A DNA stretch of 64,000 nt from the IMG/VR virus record IMGVR_UViG_3300046461_000177, positions 1,400 through 65,399 of that record; one strand, given 5' to 3'. Below are positions 19,207 to 28,338 of this stretch, piece by piece (within the stretch, counting starts at the first letter, position 1; each line of letters opens with the position of its first letter). A program made the position numbers and the translations under genes. The notes under the pieces are model-generated. The model worked only from the letters and a program-made list of their open reading frames with translations. It ran no database searches and had not been told where the DNA came from. The DNA is from a virus. Taxonomy: Duplodnaviria > Caudoviricetes.

Positions 19207-19385
19207 CCAATCGCAGATTCTCGGCCGAGGTGCTCGTCCGGGTCCGCTGGCTCCCCATCGCCGTGGCGTTGTTGAGCATCGCCGCGATACTCTGGGTCCT
19301 CATTCAGCCAACCGCGTGGACGTCCTGCCTGGTTCTTGTGGGCGCGGCCATCCCGCTCGCAATCCTCGGGAAGGATTCAGGGTGA
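19203..19385 (+). CDS. Small two-TM membrane protein
   Basis: Hydrophobic, coupled to neighbours. Confidence 0.55.
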   Translation: MTNRRFSAEVLVRVRWLPIAVALLSIAAILWVLIQPTAWTSCLVLVGAAIPLAILGKDSG

Positions 19386-19630
19386 AACTGCACCTGCAAC
19401 TCCAAGAGGCCAAGTACTGGTACGTCAGTCGGCCAAGCGAGCAGCTTCTGCTCTGGTTCGTAGGAAAGCTGCCACGCAAGCTGGTCATGCGGTGCTATTG
19501 CCGGGTCGGCGCCCATGCCACGACTGGGCGATTCGGTAACACCGATACGATCGAGATCACCATGATCGAAGCACTGAAACGCTGGGACGAGCCGAACGAC
19601 GGGAAGATTCCCAGGGTCTCGGCAGTATGA
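19382..19630 (+). CDS. Hypothetical protein
   Basis: GTGA/ATGA coupling both ends. Confidence 0.55.
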   Translation: MKLHLQLQEAKYWYVSRPSEQLLLWFVGKLPRKLVMRCYCRVGAHATTGRFGNTDTIEITMIEALKRWDEPNDGKIPRVSAV

Positions 19631-19923
19631 ACCCGGTGACCCTGGCCCTGGCCACACAGCGCCTGACGCAACTGGTCACCGAGGACGAGCTGACCCGTCC
19701 GATCCGGGAGTCGATCAACCGCTGGGCCAAGGGCGCACCGGACCTCTCGTTCAAGGATCGTGTCGCCGTGCTTGCGAGTTGCCAGGCGTGTATGTCGGTG
19801 TGGGCTGGCGCCGCGGTCCTGGTCGCCAGCCGCTTCCGAGTCGGCCAGCCGCTGGTGCGAATCCTGGCCGGCTCGGGCGTGGCACTTCTGCTCACGGCAG
19901 CGAAGGAACGCCTCGATCGTTGA
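19627..19923 (+). CDS. DUF1360-like membrane protein
   Basis: LAT.RLT.LVT.D.LT.P.R ... CxxC.SVW. Confidence 0.7.
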   Translation: MNPVTLALATQRLTQLVTEDELTRPIRESINRWAKGAPDLSFKDRVAVLASCQACMSVWAGAAVLVASRFRVGQPLVRILAGSGVALLLTAAKERLDR

Positions 19924-19945
19924 CGGTGGGTGCACACTGGTGGCC

Positions 19946-20356
19946 ATGTACGAACCCGGACAGACTGTCAAGCGCTACTGCAGTATCTTCCCGGCGTCCG
20001 CCGCGCCATGGGCACCACCATTGCCGGTCTTGCGGAACGGCGAGGCGCAGTCGGTCATGCTCCGGGTTGTGGTCACGGAGAACTATCTGACGTTTGCCTG
20101 GCAGGCGGGCCAGACGGTCAACCGCCTCGACATCCCAGTCACTGAGGAGGAGGCAGCGCAGATCGGTAGCACTGGTGGTCAGATCGCCGGGTTCACCATC
20201 GGCCGCCGCGGCGGATGCCGCTGCAACGCCAACCTCCTCAATGGCTGGGATCCATTTCCTGGCGTGAACCTGATTGACGCCGGCGCGGCGGCTCCTTCGA
20301 GCACGAGGGATCCGGCGACGTACGGCCTCGTCCCGGCCCGGTATTCGCGCGTTTGA
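19946..20356 (+). CDS. Hypothetical phage protein
   Basis: ORF ahead of portal with GGCRC motif. Confidence 0.55.
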   Translation: MYEPGQTVKRYCSIFPASAAPWAPPLPVLRNGEAQSVMLRVVVTENYLTFAWQAGQTVNRLDIPVTEEEAAQIGSTGGQIAGFTIGRRGGCRCNANLLNGWDPFPGVNLIDAGAAAPSSTRDPATYGLVPARYSRV

Positions 20357-20471
20357 GTGAATCGGGTTGTATCCCTGGGATATTACTAGTAGCATCTCAC
20401 CATCGCTGAGCGGTATCCGCTCGGCGCTTTCGCGTGCCTCCGGAGGGTAATCGGGGCTACTCTTCGTTCCC

Positions 20472-22130
20472 ATGGGTATCTTCCTGCGCGAGTCATCGAC
20501 CCACGCAGCCACTCCGGTGCCCGTCTCGCCCCCGATTGGCGGCAATAACCGGGCTCGCAGCGCGCCCTACAACACCCCTCGTTCGATCGTGGCATCTGCC
20601 GAGCGGATTAACCTGGCTACGGCGACCGTCCAGAATCGGCCGTACGCCGAGTGGCAGCGCGAAGCCTGGATGGCCTACGAGCGCGTCGGCGAGATTCACT
20701 TCGGCTTCAACCTTCTCGCCAACCTGTTGTCCCGGGTAAGGATCTACCCGGCCAGCATCGGGGAGGCCAACGAGGCGCCGGTCGACCTCCGGGTGCGCGG
20801 CGGGACAAAGAAGGTCTCCAGCAAGCTGGCGAAGGCCGCCGAGGCGGCGATGGACGACCTGCAGCGCACCGACTTCGCGTCGATGACCCGGTCGTTCTCA
20901 CTGAACATCTCCGTGCCGGGCGAGTCGTACCTCGTCGGCCCGTGTCCCGCGACGAACGACATGTGGTCGATTCGGTCGGTGGATGAGATCACGGTCCGAG
21001 CCGGTGGTGCCGTGTTGAACTCGACGCGCGCGACTTCGCAGGGACTGGTCACCCTGCCTTCTAACCTGTTCGTCGCCCGGATGTGGCGCCAGCACCCGCG
21101 ATGGTCCCGCGAGCCGGACTCGTCCATGGTGGCGGTAGCGGACTCTGTCGAGGAACTGCTGATGCTGCAGCGCCTCGTTCGTTCGGCGACGCGGTCCCGG
21201 CTCAATGCCGGGCTCCTGTTCGTGCCGGACGGCATCGCTGCCGCCGGTGTGAAGACGACGGCGGAGCCGGTCCTGGAGGAGCCCGGCGACCCGATGGAGG
21301 CGCTGGCCCAACAGTCCACCGTCGACCCGGCCGGACCGTTCATGGCTCAGCTCATGGAATCGATGACGACCCCGATCTCCGACGAGGGGTCTGCATCCGC
21401 TGTCGTCCCCATGCTCGCCACCGGCCCAGGCGAGCTGGGCGCACAGATCAAGCACGTCACGTTCGCCCGGGAGAGCGACCAGTGGCTGGTCGAACGGATC
21501 GACGGGATCCTCAACCGGATCCTGCAGGGTCTGGACATGCCGAAGGAAATCGTGACCGGCCTGCAGCACGTGCGGTACTCCAACGCGGTTGTCATCGATG
21601 AGGGTCTCTACAAGGCGAACATCGAGCCGCTGGCCCTGGTGTATGTGGATGCGCTCACCCAGGTTTATCTCCGGCCGGTACTGCTCGGCCAGGGATTCAC
21701 CGAAGCCGAGTTGGACAACATCGTCGTCTGGTACGACCCATCCGAGATTGTCACCCGGCCGAACAAAGAAGACGAGGCCACCCAGGGCACCGACCGGCTC
21801 CTGCTGTCGCCTGCGGCCTGGCGGCGTGAACACGGTTACCCGGAGTCGGATGCACCCGACGAGGAGGACCTCGCGCTCATGCTGCTGAACAAGATGACCG
21901 CGCTACCGCCGGAGGTCATCACCAAGCTGCTGCAGCAGTCGATGCCGACGATCCTGAAAGACCTGCAGATCACCGACACCACCGTTGGCCCGAACGGGCC
22001 GTCAGACCCGAACCAGGCCACCGGGCAGAGCACGAATCCAAACGTCGTGAAGTTCCCGGCCCAGTCGCCGAACTCCCAGCCGAAGGCCGACCCGCAGCGC
22101 ACAGCGATCCAGCAGGTGGGTGTCAAGTGA
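20472..22130 (+). CDS. Portal protein (cluster-B-like)
   Basis: WQREAW..Y..VGE, RMWRQHPR, RSRL.AGLLFVP, LDMPKEIVTG; position after TerL/MuF. Confidence 0.85.
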   Translation: MGIFLRESSTHAATPVPVSPPIGGNNRARSAPYNTPRSIVASAERINLATATVQNRPYAEWQREAWMAYERVGEIHFGFNLLANLLSRVRIYPASIGEANEAPVDLRVRGGTKKVSSKLAKAAEAAMDDLQRTDFASMTRSFSLNISVPGESYLVGPCPATNDMWSIRSVDEITVRAGGAVLNSTRATSQGLVTLPSNLFVARMWRQHPRWSREPDSSMVAVADSVEELLMLQRLVRSATRSRLNAGLLFVPDGIAAAGVKTTAEPVLEEPGDPMEALAQQSTVDPAGPFMAQLMESMTTPISDEGSASAVVPMLATGPGELGAQIKHVTFARESDQWLVERIDGILNRILQGLDMPKEIVTGLQHVRYSNAVVIDEGLYKANIEPLALVYVDALTQVYLRPVLLGQGFTEAELDNIVVWYDPSEIVTRPNKEDEATQGTDRLLLSPAAWRREHGYPESDAPDEEDLALMLLNKMTALPPEVITKLLQQSMPTILKDLQITDTTVGPNGPSDPNQATGQSTNPNVVKFPAQSPNSQPKADPQRTAIQQVGVK

Positions 22131-22774
22131 CCGACGACGCCCCCACCAGCGCGCTGATCGTCGCAACCCCGACTGCAGGCCAGGCCCCCCTCGCCGATGT
22201 CGAAGATCCGCACATCACCACGCTTTGGTTCGGCGATGCGACAGTGTTGCAGGCCGAGGCGGACGTGCTGACCGGTGTCCAGCAAGCACTGGTCGAGGTC
22301 ACCGGCCGGTACACCGGATTCGAGGCCAGGGTCTCCGGCGTCGCCATGCTCGGCCCGGACAAGGCGTCGGTCCTGCTGATCGAGTCGGCCGAATTGGTGG
22401 AGATCCGCGCCGAGTTGTGCTCCTACCCGGCCGTCGAGGCGGCCTGGCTGATGGCCGATCACCAATTCCCCTGGTGGGTCTGTCATCTCACAGTCGGTTA
22501 TTCGGGGAAGATCCCCGAAAATCCGCCCGAGACTATCCAGTTCGACTCCCTGGCGCTCTGGATGGCCGAGGAGAAGACCCCCTACCCTCTACTCAGCCTC
22601 GGTGTCCCGACCATGGCCGCCGCGCTCATTCCGCCGGTCGAATGCCCCGAGGATCTCCCGATCTGCCTGCAGTACGCAGACGCCCATCCCGATGCTCGTT
22701 GGTACGCGGCGAAGCGGGCCAGCGCCTTCGGCATGAGCGATCGAGTGCCGGCCGTCTGGATGGCTGACGCATGA
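22127..22774 (+). CDS. 2H phosphoesterase (2'-5' RNA ligase / Acb1-like)
   Basis: Two HxT motifs: PHITTLWFG and CHLTVGY. Confidence 0.75.
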   Translation: MTDDAPTSALIVATPTAGQAPLADVEDPHITTLWFGDATVLQAEADVLTGVQQALVEVTGRYTGFEARVSGVAMLGPDKASVLLIESAELVEIRAELCSYPAVEAAWLMADHQFPWWVCHLTVGYSGKIPENPPETIQFDSLALWMAEEKTPYPLLSLGVPTMAAALIPPVECPEDLPICLQYADAHPDARWYAAKRASAFGMSDRVPAVWMADA

Positions 22775-25323
22775 CGGGCTTCCCGCTGACCATGACCGGT
22801 TGGGACCGGACCTACCAGCCACCGCGGTCACTGCGCAGCGCAGTGGCCATGAACACCACGGCGTGGGACCTGTTCCGCTACCAGGAGCCAGGTGTCGCTC
22901 GGGAGTGGGCCACGACGACCCTCGACTCCCTCCTTGCGTCTGTCGATTCCCAGGCCGCAGAGGCGCTGGGCTGCACCGATTGTCAGGACACCGGCTACTA
23001 CGGGGTGCCCTGCCCCGATGACGAGGACATGCTCGTCGGCCTGGTCCGGCGCATCGGCAACGAGAAGCACGAGACCCTGGCCGCCGACGGCTCCTGGGCA
23101 CCATGGCTCGGTGAGTCACCGCTGGAGATCCTCACCCTCGACCTCGCCGGTGATCTAGCGGCGGCCATCACCGGCGGGGCCTGCGGCCTTGTGCGCCGCT
23201 ACCTGATGCCGCGGGCGTTCCTGCCGCCGGCGCCGGTTCTATCGGCCGCCCCACTGTCGGACGCTCTTATGTCCCTTGTAAGCCCCCAGCCCCCAGGGAG
23301 CACTGAATCTTCTGATAACGATTGGGTAACGTATGCCGTCGTTGACGAGTTGGATCCCGGCGCCGTTCTGGATCTGGTGCATCTACGCGCTGCAGGCGGC
23401 TCAGTCGAGCTGGAACGCTACGACGAGGATTGCTCCTGGACACCGGACTCCAGTCTCCTGACGGAGAACGGACTGCCCACGGTTCGGCTGACCGATAGTC
23501 AGCTTGCTGATGTCCAGGAGCAGATGAATCCTAGCAGGATAACTGCGGCGGCCGAGGATCACCTCCCGCCGCACCCGAAGTGCAAGTACTGCTCGGCGGC
23601 GGCCACCAAGCGGATCCTGCACTCCGAGGGCATGGCTTACATCCCCGTCTGTGATGACCACCTGGACAAGGGCAAGGCTGACGCCGCCGCTTGCGTGCCA
23701 TACGGCGACCCGGATCCGTCGAATATCAACTGGATCCACGACATCAAGGCATCTGCAGCACTCGTCGCGGACGCACCCCTGACGGTCTCGCCAAACCCGA
23801 AGGCCGAGAAGCTCAGGCGCTACTGGTCGACCGGCCGCGGTGCCGCCAAGATTCGCTGGAATACGCCCGGTGACTGGAAGCGGTGCTATGCCCACCTGTC
23901 CAAGTACATGGGCACCCGGGCCAAGGGCTATTGCCAGAACCTCCACAAGCGTAACGACCACGTCTGGACCGGCGACCGGCGTAACCCCGGCGGGAATGGG
24001 CACCACGGTCGTGGGCTATTCAGCAGCACGTCACCCGAGGAGTCGCTCCTGGCCTCGGTCCGCTCCGGCCAGTGGGGTCGGGACAAGGAAAGGAATACCG
24101 ATATGCCCCTGGCGATGGAACTGCTGGAAGACGGCATCTACTACGAGGGCGACGACGATAACGCGGGCATCCTGCGAACTCTCACCGCCGGCGGATTCCC
24201 CGTGGCACCGCCGGACGAGTGGTATGCCGATCCGAAACTACCCGGCCCGACGCCGATGGTGGTCGATGACGACGGTCGGGTCTACGGCCATCTCGCGACC
24301 TGGGACGTCACCCACATCGGCATGGCTGGCGCGACCCACGCGCCTCGGTCGCCGTCGAACTACGCCTACTTCCTGACCGGGTCGCTGAAAACTGCGTCCG
24401 GCAAGAGCGTCAATGTCGGCCAGCTCACCCTGGCCGGTGGGCACGCCGACATCAACGGCAATGCCCAGGCCGCGGTGCAGCACTACGACGACACCAACTC
24501 GGCCGTCGCTGACGTCATGGTCGGCGAGGACCAGTTCGGCATCTGGGCCGCAGGCGGCATGCGGCCGAACGTCACCCCGGAGCAGGTGCGGGTCTTCCGG
24601 GCCTCACCGCCGTCCGGCGACTGGCGGCCGATCAATGGTCATCTGGAGATGGTGGCCTGTTGCTCGGTGAATGTGCCGGGCTTCATGAATGTGCGACCGA
24701 CCGCCCGCGTGGCCGGCGGCGCCGTGCTTGCGCTGGTCGCCGCCGGTACCCGGGAGTTGAACGAGATCCGGCATGCCATGCTCGCCAGCACTGCTGTTGT
24801 CGCACGGCTGGAAACGCTGGAGGCTCGGGTCGACCAACTGGCACCAACCGAGCCGGCCGCCGCAGCAGAGCCGGTCATCGCCACCCCGGAACCCGAGACA
24901 CTCACGACCGAGCCCCCTGTCGTCGCCACTACCCCGGAGCCAGCGGCCGTAGAGCCTCCGGTGACCGCCGAGCCGATCGCTGAGTCGCCACCGGCGTCGG
25001 ACGAGCCTGATGTGCCAGAACTCAGCCCCGAAGAGGTTGCGCGGGCCGACCGCATTGCCAGGGTCCGATCGGCGATCCTCGCCGAGAAGCGGGCGGCTCT
25101 GCGTGCCCGAGTCAACGCCCCGGCCCCGACCATGGCGGCGATGGCCAGCACGGTCAAGGGCACCGACAGCTTCCCGATCTCCGACGTCGCCAGCCTCAAA
25201 AGGGCGATCATGGCGTTCGGTCGAGCCGGGGACAAGGCGGCAGCCAAGAAGCACATCGTCTCGATGGCCTACAAGTTGAAGCGCCCGGACCTCATCCCCT
25301 CGAACTGGAAGACCTCGAAATGA
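22771..25323 (+). CDS. Multidomain capsid maturation protease / head assembly fusion protein
   Basis: KIRW.TPGDW.RC motif, GRVYGHLA.W...HIG, SPPSGDWR, Pro/Glu scaffold-like stretch, C-terminal SFPI...GRA...HI. Confidence 0.7.
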   Translation: MTGFPLTMTGWDRTYQPPRSLRSAVAMNTTAWDLFRYQEPGVAREWATTTLDSLLASVDSQAAEALGCTDCQDTGYYGVPCPDDEDMLVGLVRRIGNEKHETLAADGSWAPWLGESPLEILTLDLAGDLAAAITGGACGLVRRYLMPRAFLPPAPVLSAAPLSDALMSLVSPQPPGSTESSDNDWVTYAVVDELDPGAVLDLVHLRAAGGSVELERYDEDCSWTPDSSLLTENGLPTVRLTDSQLADVQEQMNPSRITAAAEDHLPPHPKCKYCSAAATKRILHSEGMAYIPVCDDHLDKGKADAAACVPYGDPDPSNINWIHDIKASAALVADAPLTVSPNPKAEKLRRYWSTGRGAAKIRWNTPGDWKRCYAHLSKYMGTRAKGYCQNLHKRNDHVWTGDRRNPGGNGHHGRGLFSSTSPEESLLASVRSGQWGRDKERNTDMPLAMELLEDGIYYEGDDDNAGILRTLTAGGFPVAPPDEWYADPKLPGPTPMVVDDDGRVYGHLATWDVTHIGMAGATHAPRSPSNYAYFLTGSLKTASGKSVNVGQLTLAGGHADINGNAQAAVQHYDDTNSAVADVMVGEDQFGIWAAGGMRPNVTPEQVRVFRASPPSGDWRPINGHLEMVACCSVNVPGFMNVRPTARVAGGAVLALVAAGTRELNEIRHAMLASTAVVARLETLEARVDQLAPTEPAAAAEPVIATPEPETLTTEPPVVATTPEPAAVEPPVTAEPIAESPPASDEPDVPELSPEEVARADRIARVRSAILAEKRAALRARVNAPAPTMAAMASTVKGTDSFPISDVASLKRAIMAFGRAGDKAAAKKHIVSMAYKLKRPDLIPSNWKTSK

Positions 25324-25490
25324 CCGAACCCGCGCCCGGCCGCCAACTCTACGAATTGAAACTCACCGCCAGCGGTTTCGTCAGCGACGCCGACGGCAAT
25401 GTCATCAGCGGGGACGTTCCCGTTGAGTTCGAGACAATCACCGTCACCGAGGATCAGGCTCGGGCAATCCTCGAAGGGAATGACCAGTAA
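25320..25490 (+). CDS. Small hypothetical virion protein (56 aa)
   Basis: MTEPAPGRQLYELKLTASG...; ATGA and TAATG coupling. Confidence 0.55.
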   Translation: MTEPAPGRQLYELKLTASGFVSDADGNVISGDVPVEFETITVTEDQARAILEGNDQ

Positions 25491-25894
25491 TGGCTGTAGG
25501 ACTCGCCGCGGCGACCGCGAATGGTTGGCTGAACACTCTGGGATCGGGGGCCTCGGCAGGAACCTCGTTCACGGCGTTCGCCGGATCGTTCAGCAAACTC
25601 CACACTGCCGACCCCGGCGCCGCTGGCGCTACAGCGGCAGCAGTGGGGTCGGCCACCCGTGTGGCCACGAGTTTCGCCGCCGCGTCTGGCGGCTCGAAGG
25701 CGATGAACGGCACCCTGCCGGTCTGGACCAACGGCGGCACGTCGGAGACGATCTCGCACATCTCACTGTGGGACGCCATCTCGGCCGGCAACTTCGTCCT
25801 CTCCGGTGCACTGACCACCCCGCAGGCATGGGCCTCCGGCAATACGTTCACGCTGTCCAGTCTGACCGTGTCGCTCGCGCCGGTCGCCGCGTAG
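25490..25894 (+). CDS. Virion structural protein (fibre/decoration-associated)
   Basis: LHTADPG...TISH..LWDA..AGNF motif common in phage structural modules. Confidence 0.65.
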   Translation: MAVGLAAATANGWLNTLGSGASAGTSFTAFAGSFSKLHTADPGAAGATAAAVGSATRVATSFAAASGGSKAMNGTLPVWTNGGTSETISHISLWDAISAGNFVLSGALTTPQAWASGNTFTLSSLTVSLAPVAA

Positions 25895-25910
25895 CAGGGG
25901 AGGTGACCCG

Positions 25911-26699
25911 ATGACGATGCTTACTCCTGACGACCCCGGATCGGGTCGCCTGTTCTTCTGGACACGGCAGGGCATTTCGCTGCAGCAGCTCTACGACATC
26001 ATCGCGGAGGTTATCGCCCAGTCACCGGGCGGAGATGGCACCGGCGGCGGCGGGGCGCCGTTCACCGGCGAGATCACCGCCGACCAAATCAAGGACGCGA
26101 CTGACGTCGGCCAAGCGGTCCTGACGGCGGTCGGCGCAACGTTCTCGGACCGTCAGCAGGCATCTCGCGATGCGATGAACGCCGGGACGTCCGACCTCGT
26201 CATCGGCACCGTCGCGGGCACGGCGGCCGATGGCGGGCTTGTTCAGTCGATGATCGCTGCCGGGATCGCCGTTCCGCCGAACGGCACCACCGGGCGTGCC
26301 GTGTTCGCGGGCGAAACCCCAACCGACGTCAAAACGGTCCTATCCCTGGAGAACGTCGACAACACCGCAGACAAGGACAAGCCAGCCTCCGACGCCCAGT
26401 TGTTCGCCATCCAGCAAGCAATCGGTACCGCGTCGCAGACCTTCGTGCTCGACTCGGAGCGGAATGTCGCCAACGGCGTAGCCGGGTTGGGCACAGACGG
26501 CAAGGTCACCATCTCGGTCCTCCCGTCGTCGGTGGCCCTGGTCAACAGGCAGGACTCATCCACCGGCGCCTGGCCCCCCCGCCCATCCTGGCCGGGGCCA
26601 ATTCTGTGGATCGGTGCATCGACCGCACCGGGCGGCGGAACGACGACCAGCGGTACGGGCATGGTCGACGGGCTCGATCTCGAATTGCTCGGCTCGTGA
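25911..26699 (+). CDS. Fibre-like minor structural protein
   Basis: LENVDNTADKDKP.S and ANGVAGLG.DGKV fibre motifs. Confidence 0.65.
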   Translation: MTMLTPDDPGSGRLFFWTRQGISLQQLYDIIAEVIAQSPGGDGTGGGGAPFTGEITADQIKDATDVGQAVLTAVGATFSDRQQASRDAMNAGTSDLVIGTVAGTAADGGLVQSMIAAGIAVPPNGTTGRAVFAGETPTDVKTVLSLENVDNTADKDKPASDAQLFAIQQAIGTASQTFVLDSERNVANGVAGLGTDGKVTISVLPSSVALVNRQDSSTGAWPPRPSWPGPILWIGASTAPGGGTTTSGTGMVDGLDLELLGS

Positions 26700-26742
26700 G
26701 GGCCGTGTGGGCACCGGTGGCATCTCGCGCAGGTGCTTCCTG

Positions 26743-26883
26743 ATGGCGTCCTGGCAGGTGGGTTTCTACAAGGGTGGTCAGCTCTTGATTCGGGGTCGAT
26801 CACCGATCCCGATCGACACTGCGCCGCCACCCACTGGCGGCTTCGGTATTGCACCATTCGGCACCGCACCATTCGGACAGTAA
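26743..26883 (+). CDS. Small peptide with GxAPFG repeats
   Basis: MASWQVG...GGFGIAPFGTAPFGQ. Confidence 0.4.
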   Translation: MASWQVGFYKGGQLLIRGRSPIPIDTAPPPTGGFGIAPFGTAPFGQ

Positions 26884-26895
26884 GGACCCACATAC

Positions 26896-28326
26896 ATGGC
26901 CACGCTGCAGATCCCGTCCGTTGCGGATGGCGAGAGCGGTTGGAGCGCCAAGCTCCGCTCTGATCTGGTTGCGCTGAACAACGACATCGCGGCCAACTCG
27001 GCGGCGATCTCCGCGCTGTCCGGGGTTGGTACCAGCTCGCCGTTCGGTGCACTGGTCAACGTGAAGGATTACGGGGCCGTGGGCAACGGGTCGACCGATG
27101 ACACGGTGGCGATCAAGGCCGCTCGGGACGTCGTCATCGCATCCAAGAATCCGAATGGACATTGCAACAAAGCTCTGTATTTCCCGGCGGGCAAGTACCG
27201 GGTCACCCAGCCGGGCGCTCTGCTGGACACGCCGGATGCCGCCGGCGGCGCCCAGACGCAGATCAAGTCGTTCTACATCATCGGGGACGGAAAGCGCCGG
27301 AGCCAGGTCTACTACGACTACAGCGCCGCCGCCGCCGTGGGCAAGCACCCGGCCAGCAACGCGCTGCTGATCCTGGGCAACCGGGTCAACCAGTTCCGAG
27401 TGCGAGACATCGGATTCCTGTCGGTCAATGCGTCAAACACCTGTTTCTTCTTCTTTAGCCGGACCGGGACCGGTAGCGGCACCGGTGCCGCATATCCCGA
27501 GTACGGGTCAGGCAATAACCAGGACATCCAGTTTGACGACGTCGAGATCGGCGGCAACTGGCGCTGGGGAATCCTGCTGGACGGTGACGTCACGACGAAC
27601 CTGAACTCCGAGTTCTTCACCAAGTCGCTGTGCACCACTGTGTCGAGCACCTTTCCGAACGACGGCACCGGCGCGTTTTTCATGTGCGGCTACACGGCGT
27701 TCGCCACGAACGACCAGATGGACCAGATGGTCAACTACAGCTTCGTTGACAGCAAGATCGAGGTGAAAGCTGGGGACCTGTTCGTATTCAACCGCGGCGG
27801 TGTCGTCAGCTTCCGCGGCGGCTCCTACATCCAGGGCATCGGGGATAACACCGGGGCGCTCGGCGGCGGGGCCTTTTTCAAGGTCAACGACGTCTCGTTT
27901 CACAACGCCGGCGCGATGAACGCCCAGTTTCACTCGATCCGCTTCGAGCTGCGCAACACCCTGTCGCGGCTGTTCGATGTCAAGGGCTGGTACGGCGAGG
28001 GTGCGCACATCTCTCTCTACGATTGCAACGACGCAGGCCATGCGTTCACGACGGACGGCCCGCTGACCAACTCTGGGATCTTCCGAACCCACAACGGATC
28101 GATCCCACAGGTCCGCGCGATCAACTGCTACTTCGGTGGGTATTGGACGGTGCTCGGGGGGCAGACCTCCTACGGGCGCTTGAAGTTCGACCAGTGCGGT
28201 TTTTACAACTGGAAGGGTGGTAGCGGCACCGTTGCCGCGGCGAACACCTTCGTGCGTTATGACACCGCGACCGCCCCAAAGGTCACCTACATCGACTGCC
28301 CCAACGTCGCCAACGCATCGAACTGA
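26896..28326 (+). CDS. Pectate-lyase-superfamily beta-helix tailspike / depolymerase
   Basis: VNVKDYGAVGNGSTDDT.AI..A, LYFPAGKYRVT. Confidence 0.8.
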   Translation: MATLQIPSVADGESGWSAKLRSDLVALNNDIAANSAAISALSGVGTSSPFGALVNVKDYGAVGNGSTDDTVAIKAARDVVIASKNPNGHCNKALYFPAGKYRVTQPGALLDTPDAAGGAQTQIKSFYIIGDGKRRSQVYYDYSAAAAVGKHPASNALLILGNRVNQFRVRDIGFLSVNASNTCFFFFSRTGTGSGTGAAYPEYGSGNNQDIQFDDVEIGGNWRWGILLDGDVTTNLNSEFFTKSLCTTVSSTFPNDGTGAFFMCGYTAFATNDQMDQMVNYSFVDSKIEVKAGDLFVFNRGGVVSFRGGSYIQGIGDNTGALGGGAFFKVNDVSFHNAGAMNAQFHSIRFELRNTLSRLFDVKGWYGEGAHISLYDCNDAGHAFTTDGPLTNSGIFRTHNGSIPQVRAINCYFGGYWTVLGGQTSYGRLKFDQCGFYNWKGGSGTVAAANTFVRYDTATAPKVTYIDCPNVANASN

Positions 28327-28338
28327 TCGGCAGGATTC

